NCBI GenBank assembly: GCA_035702425.1 | Contig: DASSQQ010000102.1 | Span: 6,747 to 70,746, forward strand | From: Gemmatimonadales bacterium | GTDB taxonomy: Bacteria > Gemmatimonadota > Gemmatimonadetes > Gemmatimonadales > GWC2-71-9 | Length of the DNA: 64,000 bases | Direction: 5' to 3' | Shown: one piece after another, positions 1-7,641 of the stretch | Position numbering within the stretch: the stretch's first letter is position 1 | How the letters are laid out: each line of letters starts with the position of its first letter | The notes under the pieces: generated by a model | The model's database searches: none | Told to the model about the DNA's origin: nothing | What the model saw: only the letters and a program-made list of their open reading frames with translations | Translations under genes and position numbers: made by a program

Positions 1-161
1 ACCGCGGTGACCGGCGCCAGCGCCTCGAGATCGGTGAGGAGATCGAGGGATCCGACGTCGCCGCCGTGCAGGATGTGGTCCACCTGGCGGAACACGTCCA
101 GGACCTCCGGCCGCAGCAGCCCGTGCGTGTCCGAAATGACGCCCAGTCTCAGCCCTGCCAC
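1..161 (-). CDS. Metallophosphoesterase, YfcE/MJ0936-like (N-terminal part only; gene runs off the left edge)
   Basis: Read by eye on the minus strand: GTG at 161-159, then AGLRLGVISDTHGLLRPEVLDVFRQVDHILHGGDVGS. This carries the D-x-H-G and GD motifs of calcineurin-like phosphoesterases. It overlaps the ubiX 3' end by 13 nt. It is truncated, so it is absent from the ORF track. Confidence 0.55.
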   Translation of the reverse strand, partial: MAGLRLGVISDTHGLLRPEVLDVFRQVDHILHGGDVGSLDLLTDLEALAPVTA

Positions 162-733
162 CTCGGCGCGACCTGGATCTCGAGATCCAGATGGTCCACC
201 ACGCGCTGCACGATGAAGTCCACCAGCTCGGCGATCCGGGTCGGGCGGTGATAGAAACCGGGAGCCGCGGGCAGCACGACCGCGCCCGCTTCCGTGGCGA
301 GGGTGAGATTCCTGAGATGCACCAGCGAGAGCGGCGTCTCCCGCGGCACCAGGATCAGCTTGCGCCGCTCCTTGAGGACGACGTCCGCCGCGCGCTCGAT
401 CAGGGAGCGGCTGGTGCCGTGCGCCACGGCCGCGACGGTGCCCATGGAGCAGGGACAGATCACCATACCCGCGGTCTTCGCGGAGCCCGACGCGGGCAGC
501 GCGCCGCGGTTCTTGTCGTCGTACATCGTGACCGAGGCCCAGTCTCCGCCGGTCGCCGTGCGGAGCGCCGTCTCGTCCGCGATCCCGCACTCCTCGGAGA
601 GCAGGCGCCACCCGTGCGCCGAGACCAGCAGCCAGACCGGCACCGCGTTCCGGGCCAGGACCTCGAGCAGACGCACCCCGTAGGGCGCGCCGGACGCGCC
701 GGTGATGGCGAGTACGACGGGGAGGCGGGTCAA
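149..733 (-). CDS. ubiX: Flavin prenyltransferase UbiX (partner of UbiD-family decarboxylase)
   Basis: 194-aa ORF with VLAITGASGAPYGVRLLE and VICPCSMGT motifs of UbiX/Pad1 flavoproteins. The start is TTG at 733. Confidence 0.9.
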   Translation of the reverse strand: MTRLPVVLAITGASGAPYGVRLLEVLARNAVPVWLLVSAHGWRLLSEECGIADETALRTATGGDWASVTMYDDKNRGALPASGSAKTAGMVICPCSMGTVAAVAHGTSRSLIERAADVVLKERRKLILVPRETPLSLVHLRNLTLATEAGAVVLPAAPGFYHRPTRIAELVDFIVQRVVDHLDLEIQVAPRWQG

Positions 734-810
734 CGGCCGCGCCGGTTGGGTGTGGGGGAACGCCTGGGGTGCGCGGGCGGGCGGGGAGGCGCACCCGATC
801 GGCTCTTGCC

Positions 811-907
811 GATTGCGGATTGCGGATTCGCGGAGACGGGAGGCTTGCCGGCCCGCCGCGCGTGCGGTTTCCTACGCATTCCGCAATCCGAAATCCACAA
901 TCCGCAA
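811..907. repeat. Imperfect hairpin whose arms are tandem heptamers (GATTGCG x3 / ATCCGMA x4)
   Basis: The left arm 811-834 (gattgcggattgcggattcgcgga) is complementary to the right arm 879-907 (ttccgcaatccgaaatccacaatccgcaa). The loop is GC-rich and 44 nt long. The element lies in the 176-nt ubiA-ubiX spacer. A second 7-bp hairpin is at 768-795. Confidence 0.5.
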
Positions 908-909
908 AC

Positions 910-1839
910 TCATAGGATCCGGTCCCCCAGCGCGCCCAGGAACACCACCACCGCGACCACGCCGTTGGCGGTGAAGAACGCGGCGTCGAGCCGCGACAGA
1001 TCGTTCGGCTTCACCAGCTGATGCTCGTAGGCGATCACGAGAGCCCCGACCCCGACGCCGGCGTAGTACCAGGCGCCGAGTCCCGCGCCCCAGCCCAGGA
1101 GCAGCAGCGAGAGCAGGGCGAGGCCATGGAGGAGCTTGCCGAAAAAAATCCCCCGCTCGCGCCCGAAGCGCACGATGGCCGAGTGCAGGCCCTCGGCGCG
1201 GTCGAACGCCTCATCCTGGAGGGCGTAGAACACGTCGAATCCGCCCACCCAGAAGGTCACGGCGGCCGCGAGGGCCCAGAGCAGCCACCCCGGCCGGCTC
1301 CAGGCGCCGGCCACGGCGAGAAACCCGGCGGGCCCCGCGATCGCGTCCCCGAAACCGAGCCAGAGGTGGGACCACCACGCGAAGCGCTTCGAGAAGCTGT
1401 AGGAGACGATGACGAGGAGCGCCACGGGCGAGAGCAGGAAGCAGAGCGGGTTCAGCGCCCACGCCGCCCACTCGAACAGAGCGGCCGCGAGGATGACGGC
1501 GGCCCACGCCTCTGCCACGGAAAGCCGCCCGGCCGGAATCTCGCGCGCGCGGGTACGCGGATTGCGCGCGTCCAAGGCGCGATCGGCGATCCGATTGAAG
1601 CCCATCGCGACGAAGCGCGCGGCCGTGAACGCCAGCACCACGAGGGCGAGCGCGCGCAGGGTCACCGCATACGCCCGGGACGCGAGAACCACACCCAGAA
1701 GCGCGAACGGGAGCGCGAAGACCGTGTGGGGGAGCCGTACGAAGTTGGCGTACCGGACGAATAGAGACTGCCCGGCGAAGGTTTGACCCTCTCGCGGCGC
1801 GAGGCGAGGCGCGTGGTCCGTGGCCCGTGGCCCGCTCAT
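910..1839 (-). CDS. ubiA: UbiA-family aromatic polyprenyltransferase (4-hydroxybenzoate / MqnP-like)
   Basis: Track ORF 910..2304 trimmed to the in-frame ATG at 1839, which forms an ATGA overlap with the upstream stop. The protein is multi-TM. It has the Asp-rich motifs NRIADRALD and YALQDEAFD typical of UbiA prenyltransferases. Confidence 0.85.
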   Translation of the reverse strand: MSGPRATDHAPRLAPREGQTFAGQSLFVRYANFVRLPHTVFALPFALLGVVLASRAYAVTLRALALVVLAFTAARFVAMGFNRIADRALDARNPRTRAREIPAGRLSVAEAWAAVILAAALFEWAAWALNPLCFLLSPVALLVIVSYSFSKRFAWWSHLWLGFGDAIAGPAGFLAVAGAWSRPGWLLWALAAAVTFWVGGFDVFYALQDEAFDRAEGLHSAIVRFGRERGIFFGKLLHGLALLSLLLLGWGAGLGAWYYAGVGVGALVIAYEHQLVKPNDLSRLDAAFFTANGVVAVVVFLGALGDRIL

Positions 1840-2459
1840 GGCCGCGAGGGGTTGGGCAGGAAGAACAGCCCGGCGAGGAGCGCGTGAATGCCGAGACTCA
1901 CCCCGACATTGAGCAACGCGACCACGGTGGCGACGGCATACAGGACGGGCCCCAGGAGGTACTCGCGCGTCACGTAGGCCACGAGGCGGGGATCCGCGTC
2001 GGCCTTGAGCAGCCGGCCGCCGCCGCCCGCGGCGTACCGCCACACCGCGTTGAAGGCGAGCGCGGTGCAGGTCAGGTTGGCGCCGTAGAGCACCGTGGCC
2101 GCGGTGCGCGCCCCGGCGACCGGCAGATACGCGGCGAGGACGGCGGTGGGAAACGGCAGGACCGCCACCCCCAGCAGGAGTCCCAGGTTCAGCAGGACGA
2201 AGACGTGATTCGAGCGGCGGATGTAGCGAAAGATGTTGTGATGGTTCGCCCACATGATCCCGATGATGACGAAGCTCAACGCGAACGCGGCGTACGATCC
2301 CCACCGCTCGCCGAGCGCGCCCCAGAGCCCCCGCGCCGTCACCGCCTCCGCCGTGGGAACGCGCACGTCGAGCACGAGCAGGGTGATGGCGATCGCGAAG
2401 ACCCCGTCGCAGAAGGCGCCCAGCCGCTCGAGATTCCCGGTGTCCGGCCCGCCGCTCAC
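1836..2459 (-). CDS. TMEM175/DUF1211-family membrane protein (putative K+ channel)
   Basis: Track ORF 1836..3557 trimmed to GTG 2459, which forms a GTGA overlap with the ubiD stop. The protein is 207 aa and roughly 6 TM. RLGAFCDGVFAIAITLLVLDV matches the TM1 signature (FSDGVFAIxxTLL) of TMEM175 homologs. Confidence 0.7.
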   Translation of the reverse strand: MSGGPDTGNLERLGAFCDGVFAIAITLLVLDVRVPTAEAVTARGLWGALGERWGSYAAFALSFVIIGIMWANHHNIFRYIRRSNHVFVLLNLGLLLGVAVLPFPTAVLAAYLPVAGARTAATVLYGANLTCTALAFNAVWRYAAGGGGRLLKADADPRLVAYVTREYLLGPVLYAVATVVALLNVGVSLGIHALLAGLFFLPNPSRP

Positions 2460-3949
2460 CGGCGCCCCCCGGCCAGGTCGATTCCGAGCTCCCGCCAGAT
2501 CTGGTCCACTTTCCGCCTGGTCCCCTCGTCCATCACGATCCGGTCGGGCCAGTCGCGGGTGAAGCCCTCCTCCTTCCACTTCCGGGTCGCGTCGATCCCC
2601 ATCTTCGAGCCGTAGGAAAATCCGCGGCTCGAGTGATCGAGCACGTCCATCGGCCCCATCGAGAACCGCACGTCCCGCTCGGGGTCGATGTGGTTCAGCG
2701 CCACCCACCAGGCTTCCTTCTCGTCCCGCACGTTCACGTCCTGGTCCAATACCACGATCACCTTGGCGAGGGACATCAGTCCCTGCCCCCACAGGCCGTT
2801 CATCACCTTCCACGCCTGGCCCGGGTACCGCTTGTCGATGCTCACGAACACCAGATTGTGAAAAATGCCCTCGGCCGGCATGTGCAGGTCCACGATCTCC
2901 GGGAGCGTGAGCTTCAAGAGCGGGAGGAAAATGCGCTCCGTGGCGTGGCCGAGGTAATAGTCCTCCATCGGCGGCGGTCCCACGATGGTGTGCGGCCACA
3001 CCGGCTCGCCCCGCGTCGTGACCGCGGTGATGTGCACCTTGGGGTAGTAGTCCGCGAGGGAGTAGAACCCGGTGTGATCGCCGAAGGGGCCCTCCAGCAC
3101 CAGCTCCTCGCGCGGGTCGATGTGCCCTTCCAGCACGATCTCCGCCTCGGCCGGCACCTGGAGATCGGAGGTGACCGCCCGGGCGAGCTTCACCGGCGCG
3201 CCCCGCAGGAACCCCGCGAAAAGAAACTCGTCGATCGTGGGCGGGAGCGGCGCCGTGGCCGCGTAGATGCTCGCGGGGTCGCCGCCCAGCGCGATGGCCA
3301 CCGGCATGGTCTCCCCGCGCTCCGCCATCTCCCGCCAGTGCGCCGCGCCCACCTTGTGGCGCTGCCAGTGCATCGCGACCTCGTTCCGGCCCAGCACCTG
3401 CACCCGGTACATCCCCACGTTGCGCACCCCGGTCCTGGGGTCGCGGGTGATGACGCCGCCCAGGGTGACGTAGGGCCCGCCGTCCTGCGGCCAGCAGATG
3501 GGCACCGGCAGTTTCCCGAGATCCACCTCGGCGCCGCGCAGCACGATCTCCTGGCACGGCGGCCGCCCGCCCGTCATCTGCGGCGGGAACTTGGCCACCT
3601 CGGCCAGCCGGGGGAGCATCGCGAGTTTCCCGAGGAGGCCGTCGGGGACCTTGAGCTCGAGCAGGTCGGTGAGCCGCGCCCCGATGTCGTCGAGCGACTC
3701 GACGCCCAGGGCCAGCGCCATCCGCGCCTCGGAACCGAAGAGGTTTACCGCCACCGGCACCGAGGACGCGCCACCGGAGGGGAGCACGGGATGCTCGAAG
3801 AGGAGCGCGGGACCGCCGCCGGGAGACTTCATGCAGCGGTCCGCGATCTCGGTCATTTCCTTGTCGATGGAAACTGGACGGCGCACCCGCGCCAGGTCGC
3901 CCCGCGCATCCAGCGCGGCGATGAACTCCCGCAAGTTAGCGAAGGCCAT
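2456..3949 (-). CDS. ubiD: UbiD-family (prenyl-FMN-dependent) decarboxylase
   Basis: 497 aa with a full-length UbiD-like pattern (GPYVTLGGVITRDP, GMYRVQV, HWQRHKVGA, EGPFGDHTGFY). UbiX and UbiA genes are adjacent. Confidence 0.9.
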   Translation of the reverse strand: MAFANLREFIAALDARGDLARVRRPVSIDKEMTEIADRCMKSPGGGPALLFEHPVLPSGGASSVPVAVNLFGSEARMALALGVESLDDIGARLTDLLELKVPDGLLGKLAMLPRLAEVAKFPPQMTGGRPPCQEIVLRGAEVDLGKLPVPICWPQDGGPYVTLGGVITRDPRTGVRNVGMYRVQVLGRNEVAMHWQRHKVGAAHWREMAERGETMPVAIALGGDPASIYAATAPLPPTIDEFLFAGFLRGAPVKLARAVTSDLQVPAEAEIVLEGHIDPREELVLEGPFGDHTGFYSLADYYPKVHITAVTTRGEPVWPHTIVGPPPMEDYYLGHATERIFLPLLKLTLPEIVDLHMPAEGIFHNLVFVSIDKRYPGQAWKVMNGLWGQGLMSLAKVIVVLDQDVNVRDEKEAWWVALNHIDPERDVRFSMGPMDVLDHSSRGFSYGSKMGIDATRKWKEEGFTRDWPDRIVMDEGTRRKVDQIWRELGIDLAGGRR

Positions 3950-4685
3950 GATGGATGGCGCAGATCCCGCCGGTGAGAAGGTCGTAGCCCACGCGCGAGA
4001 ATCCGGCCGCGGTGAGGCGACGCGCCAGGGCGTCGGGCTCGGGAAACGCGAGCACCGACTCTGGCAGGTAGGTATAGGCGTCCATATGTTTCGACACCAT
4101 CCGCCCTACCGCGGGCAGGATGCGCCGGAAGTAGAAGAGGTACAGGGCGCGCAGCGGCGGGAAGCGCGGGGTGGTGAGCTCGAGAACCACCAGCCGCGCG
4201 CCGGGCTTGAGAACGCGGCGCGCCTCCCGCAGTCCGGCGTCGAGGTCCGCCAGGTTGCGCACGCCGAAGCCCACCAGCGCGCCGTCGAAGTGCGCGTCGG
4301 GAAACGGCAGGGAGAGGGCATCGGCCGCGACCGGAACCGCGCGGACCGCCTTCCCGCGGCCGCGGAGCAGCATCGGGAGCGCGAAGTCCGCTCCCACCAC
4401 GGTGCCCTGGAAGCCCCGGGCGCGCGCCAGCTGGGCGGCCAGGTCCAGGGTGCCGGAGCAGAGGTCGAGATAGGTGCCCGCCGGCCGGGCTTCCCAGCCG
4501 AGCCGGAGGACGGCGCGGCGGCGCCAGCGCCGGTCCAGATTGAGGCTCAGGAAGTGGTTCAGGAAGTCGTAACGCGGCGCGATCGCCGAGAACATGTCGC
4601 GCACATAGGCGCGCCTGGCGCCCGAATCCCCCGCCCCGGCGGGACGCGCAGGACCGACGACCCCGGAGAGAGGAGCGAGCGCCAT
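3936..4685 (-). CDS. ubiE: Demethylmenaquinone/ubiquinone C-methyltransferase (UbiE/MenG)
   Basis: 249 aa with the UbiE N-terminal signature MFSAIAPRYDFLNHFLSLNLDRRWRR and the SAM motif LDLCSGTLDL. It overlaps the ubiD start by 14 nt. Confidence 0.9.
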   Translation of the reverse strand: MALAPLSGVVGPARPAGAGDSGARRAYVRDMFSAIAPRYDFLNHFLSLNLDRRWRRRAVLRLGWEARPAGTYLDLCSGTLDLAAQLARARGFQGTVVGADFALPMLLRGRGKAVRAVPVAADALSLPFPDAHFDGALVGFGVRNLADLDAGLREARRVLKPGARLVVLELTTPRFPPLRALYLFYFRRILPAVGRMVSKHMDAYTYLPESVLAFPEPDALARRLTAAGFSRVGYDLLTGGICAIHHGLR

Positions 4686-4734
4686 AGGCGCGAAAGATAG
4701 GCCGTCGAACCTTGCCTCCGCCAGCGATCAGCAG

Positions 4735-5295
4735 GTGGTGCACTGGGCGAAACAAGGTCACGACGCCGCGTTCCGGGAGCTGGTGCGCCGCTACGAGCGC
4801 CCGGTGTTCTCGCTGCTCTATCGGATGGTGCGCGATCGCGCGCTGGCCGAGGACCTGGCGCAGGAAACGTTCATCAAGGTGCTGAACGGGATCCGGTCCT
4901 ACAATCCGGAATTCAAGTTCTCGTCGTGGATCTTCAAGATCGCGAACAACGCGGCCATCGATCACCTGCGCAAGCGCTCGATCGAAACGCTGTCACTCGA
5001 CGGCTCGCCCCACGCCCGCACGCCGGACGAAATCGAGGCCACCACCATCCAGCTCGGCGACCACGCCGAAAGCCCGCTCGATGAAGTGGAAGCACGGGAG
5101 CTGGGCGGCGCGATCGAGCGTGCCATCGCGAGACTGCGCCCGGAGTACCGGGCCTGCATCATGCTGCGGCACGTGGAGGGGTACGCGTACGAGGAAATCG
5201 CGGAAATGCTGGAGCTGCCGCTCGGAACCGTGAAGACCTACATCCACCGGGCCCGCAACGAATTGCGGGGCTATCTCGAGGACCGCCGCAACTGA
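4735..5295 (+). CDS. ECF-type RNA polymerase sigma factor (sigma-70 family)
   Basis: 186 aa with region 2 (FRELVRRYERPVFSLLYRMV..AEDLAQETFIKV) and a region 4 HTH (YEEIAEMLELPLGTVKTYIHRARNELR). The start is GTG. Confidence 0.9.
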   Translation: MVHWAKQGHDAAFRELVRRYERPVFSLLYRMVRDRALAEDLAQETFIKVLNGIRSYNPEFKFSSWIFKIANNAAIDHLRKRSIETLSLDGSPHARTPDEIEATTIQLGDHAESPLDEVEARELGGAIERAIARLRPEYRACIMLRHVEGYAYEEIAEMLELPLGTVKTYIHRARNELRGYLEDRRN

Positions 5296-5298
5296 AAC

Positions 5299-5317
5299 CG
5301 GGGCCCGCCGGGCCCCG
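5299..5317 (+). promoter_or_regulatory. GC hairpin between the sigma and anti-sigma cistrons
   Basis: cggggccc-gcc-gggccccg, with up to 8 bp of stem, lies between the sigma stop (5295) and the anti-sigma ATG (5330). Function is unknown. Confidence 0.3.
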
Positions 5318-5329
5318 TACGGAGCACCC

Positions 5330-5590
5330 ATGACCGAACCACTCACCGCCCACCTCACCACCGACGAGATCGAGCTCTGGGCGCAGGGCCTGCTCCCCGC
5401 GGCGCGGGCCATCCATCTGTCCGACTGTTCGCTCTGCTTCGCCGAGGCGGAGCGGGAGCGGAAGATCATCCTGGAGCTGGTCCAGCTGCAGCGCTTCGCG
5501 CCGCGCGCCGGGTTCAGCGACCGGGTGATGGCGCAGGTCAAGATCACGAGCCCCTCAGGCTCGCACCTGGCCTCCGACACCGACGCCTAA
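5330..5590 (+). CDS. Putative zinc-binding anti-sigma factor (ZAS type), short and without a TM segment
   Basis: 86 aa, 34 nt downstream of the ECF sigma, with GGAG 5 nt upstream of the ATG. It has the H-x3-C-x2-C motif (HLSDCSLC). Confidence 0.6.
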   Translation: MTEPLTAHLTTDEIELWAQGLLPAARAIHLSDCSLCFAEAERERKIILELVQLQRFAPRAGFSDRVMAQVKITSPSGSHLASDTDA

Positions 5591-6301
5591 GAGGCGCGCC
5601 GCGCTGCCGTCGCGCACGGCGACCTCCACGGTGCCGGCGCTCCCCACGTACGCCAGCAGCTGACCCCGCTCCACGTCGCCGAAGGTCCGGCGCAGGGGTC
5701 CCACGTCCGTCCCCTCGACCTTGATCCGCACGCCCGGCTCCACCGCCTCCCCCGCGATGTTCGACACCAGGGTCCCGAAACGATCCACGTAGATCACCTC
5801 GCCGACGGTGACGGGGCCGTCGGCGTGGGGAGTGGGGAGCGGGACCTTGAGCGGATCGCTCACGATCTGCCCCAGCTGCTCGAGCGACGCGCCGCGGGCG
5901 AGGCGCGCGGCCGCGGGCGCGAAGACGTCGCGCCCGTGAAAGGTCGGCGAGGCGTCGGCCGGAATGGGCAGCGACGCGAAGCGCGCGCCCGGCGGGAGCG
6001 CGGTGAGCAGGCCGTTGTCGGGGGCGACGAACGCGTGGCCCTCCGCGGTCGCGGCCAGCGCCCGGCGGTCGGTGCCGACACCGGGATCCACCACCACCAC
6101 GTGCACGGTCCCGTTCGGGAAGCGATGCCAGGTGCGCGCCAGGATGAACTGCGCCGCCCGCACGTCGCCCGGCGGAATCTGGTGCGTGATGTCCACCACC
6201 GTCGCGCCGGGGACCGCCGCGAGCAGCACGCCTTTCATCTCGCCGACGTAGCTGTCGCCGGTGCCGAAGTCGGTCAGCAGCGTGATGAGGGACGTGGTCA
6301 T
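5555..6301 (-). CDS. SAM hydroxide adenosyltransferase / SAM hydrolase family protein (DUF62)
   Basis: Track ORF 5555..8146 trimmed to ATG 6301, which forms an ATGA overlap with the MATE stop. The protein is 248 aa with LLTDFGTGDSYVGEMKGV and VVVVDPGVGT motifs of the DUF62 / chlorinase-fluorinase superfamily. Confidence 0.85.
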   Translation of the reverse strand: MTTSLITLLTDFGTGDSYVGEMKGVLLAAVPGATVVDITHQIPPGDVRAAQFILARTWHRFPNGTVHVVVVDPGVGTDRRALAATAEGHAFVAPDNGLLTALPPGARFASLPIPADASPTFHGRDVFAPAAARLARGASLEQLGQIVSDPLKVPLPTPHADGPVTVGEVIYVDRFGTLVSNIAGEAVEPGVRIKVEGTDVGPLRRTFGDVERGQLLAYVGSAGTVEVAVRDGSAARLLGVGVGGQVRA

Positions 6302-7641
6302 ACCGTGCTCCTCCGCCACGCCCCGCTCCGCCAGAATCCCGTCATCGCGACGCCGCGCAGGACGGCCGTGGACGACAGCGCGATCCAGATCCCCAGGAGC
6401 CCGATGGTCCGGGACCACCAGGCCGAGAGCGGCACCCGGAGGCCCGAGAGCGAGACGCTCGTGATCTGGGGCCAGAAGGTGTAGCCGGCGCCGGCGAGCG
6501 CGCCCTCGAGAATGATCTCGAAGGTCTGCCCCACCTGCGCGAACGCGATCACCCGCAGATACCAGCTCCCGTCCCTGATGACGGCCGGGTCGGTGGTGAA
6601 CAGGCCGGCGAGGGTGCGCGGCACCAGCAGGAAGATCACCGCGGTGGTGACCGTCACCAGCAGGCAGTAGCGCACGGTGAGGCGGACCGCGTCCCGGGCC
6701 CGATCCTCCAGTCCCGCGCCCAGGTTCTGCCCCACCAGGGCCCCGGCCGAGAGCGCGAATCCCGAGATGGCGATGAACCCCAGGCCCTCGACCTTGTGTC
6801 CGATCCCGAGCGCGGCGAGCGCGCTGGTGCCGAAGCGGGACGTGAACCGGGTGAGCCACATGTAGATCAGCGAGAACAGCACGCCGTTCAGCGAGATCGG
6901 CGCCCCGATCCGCATGATGGTGGGGATGGCGCGCCAGTCGGGCGCGGAGAGACGGATCAGCCCGCGGCGCAGCGCGATCGCCACGCCGATCAGGCATCCT
7001 CCCCCCCGCACCATCACCGAGGCCACCGCCGCGCCCTCCACTCCCAGTCGCGGGAAGGGCCCGAGCCCCGCGATCAAGAGCGGGTCCAGCAGGATCGAGA
7101 GGGCCACCGACGTCAACAGGAGCAGGAACGGGGTGCGGGTGTCCCCGGAGGCGCGGAAGGTCGCCTCGATCGCGAAGAAGCCGAAGACCAGCGGACCCCC
7201 GAGGAGCCAGGTGGAGAGGTACGCTTTCCCGAGTACGGCCACTTCCGGAGGCACCGTCATCAACCGGAAGAGCGAAGGGCCGAAGAGCATTCCCACCGCG
7301 CTCACCACGCTTCCCGCGAGGAGCGCGTACGCGAGCGCCGCCGCCGCCGCGCGGGCGGCGGGTTCCGGGGAGCCTTCCCCGTGCCGCCGGGCCGCCAGCG
7401 CGATGAGCCCCACCTCGACCATTTCGCCCAGCGAGAGGAGCACCCAGGTGTAGAAGCCGGCGGTGGACACCGCGGCCAGCGCCGCGGGCCCGATGAGCCG
7501 GCCCACCCAGATGCTGTCGATCAGGTTGAACGAGAAATGACAGGCCATCATCGCGACCGCGGGAGCCGCGAGCCGCAGGATCACCGGCCGCAGGGGGCCG
7601 ACGGTGAGCGCCCCGGGACTTCGCGGGGTGGTGACGGTCAT
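6298..7641 (-). CDS. MATE-family efflux transporter
   Basis: Track ORF trimmed to ATG 7641 (ATGA overlap). The protein is 447 aa with 12 hydrophobic segments and a typical MATE/NorM layout. Confidence 0.9.
   Translation of the reverse strand: MTVTTPRSPGALTVGPLRPVILRLAAPAVAMMACHFSFNLIDSIWVGRLIGPAALAAVSTAGFYTWVLLSLGEMVEVGLIALAARRHGEGSPEPAARAAAAALAYALLAGSVVSAVGMLFGPSLFRLMTVPPEVAVLGKAYLSTWLLGGPLVFGFFAIEATFRASGDTRTPFLLLLTSVALSILLDPLLIAGLGPFPRLGVEGAAVASVMVRGGGCLIGVAIALRRGLIRLSAPDWRAIPTIMRIGAPISLNGVLFSLIYMWLTRFTSRFGTSALAALGIGHKVEGLGFIAISGFALSAGALVGQNLGAGLEDRARDAVRLTVRYCLLVTVTTAVIFLLVPRTLAGLFTTDPAVIRDGSWYLRVIAFAQVGQTFEIILEGALAGAGYTFWPQITSVSLSGLRVPLSAWWSRTIGLLGIWIALSSTAVLRGVAMTGFWRSGAWRRSTV

Noticed and set aside
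811-834. A possible CRISPR-like or other array signal from short tandem repeats at 811-834, 27822-40 and 57132-50.
   Set aside because: The units are only 7-8 nt long, occur 2-4 times with no spacers, and are paired with complementary arms. These are hairpin elements, not CRISPR arrays. No cas genes are present.
734-909. A tRNA, sRNA or riboswitch in the largest intergenic gaps (734-909, 12058-12178, 57114-57214).
   Set aside because: I could not find a cloverleaf or any known riboswitch consensus by eye. The structures present are simple long hairpins. A covariance-model scan (tRNAscan-SE or Rfam) would be needed to be sure.
4707-4729. An ECF-type promoter (GAAC ... CGATC) upstream of the sigma factor gene.
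   Set aside because: The spacing (about 14 nt) does not fit the usual GGAAC-N16/17-CGT pattern. The site ends 6 nt from the GTG start. I cannot support it without transcription start data.
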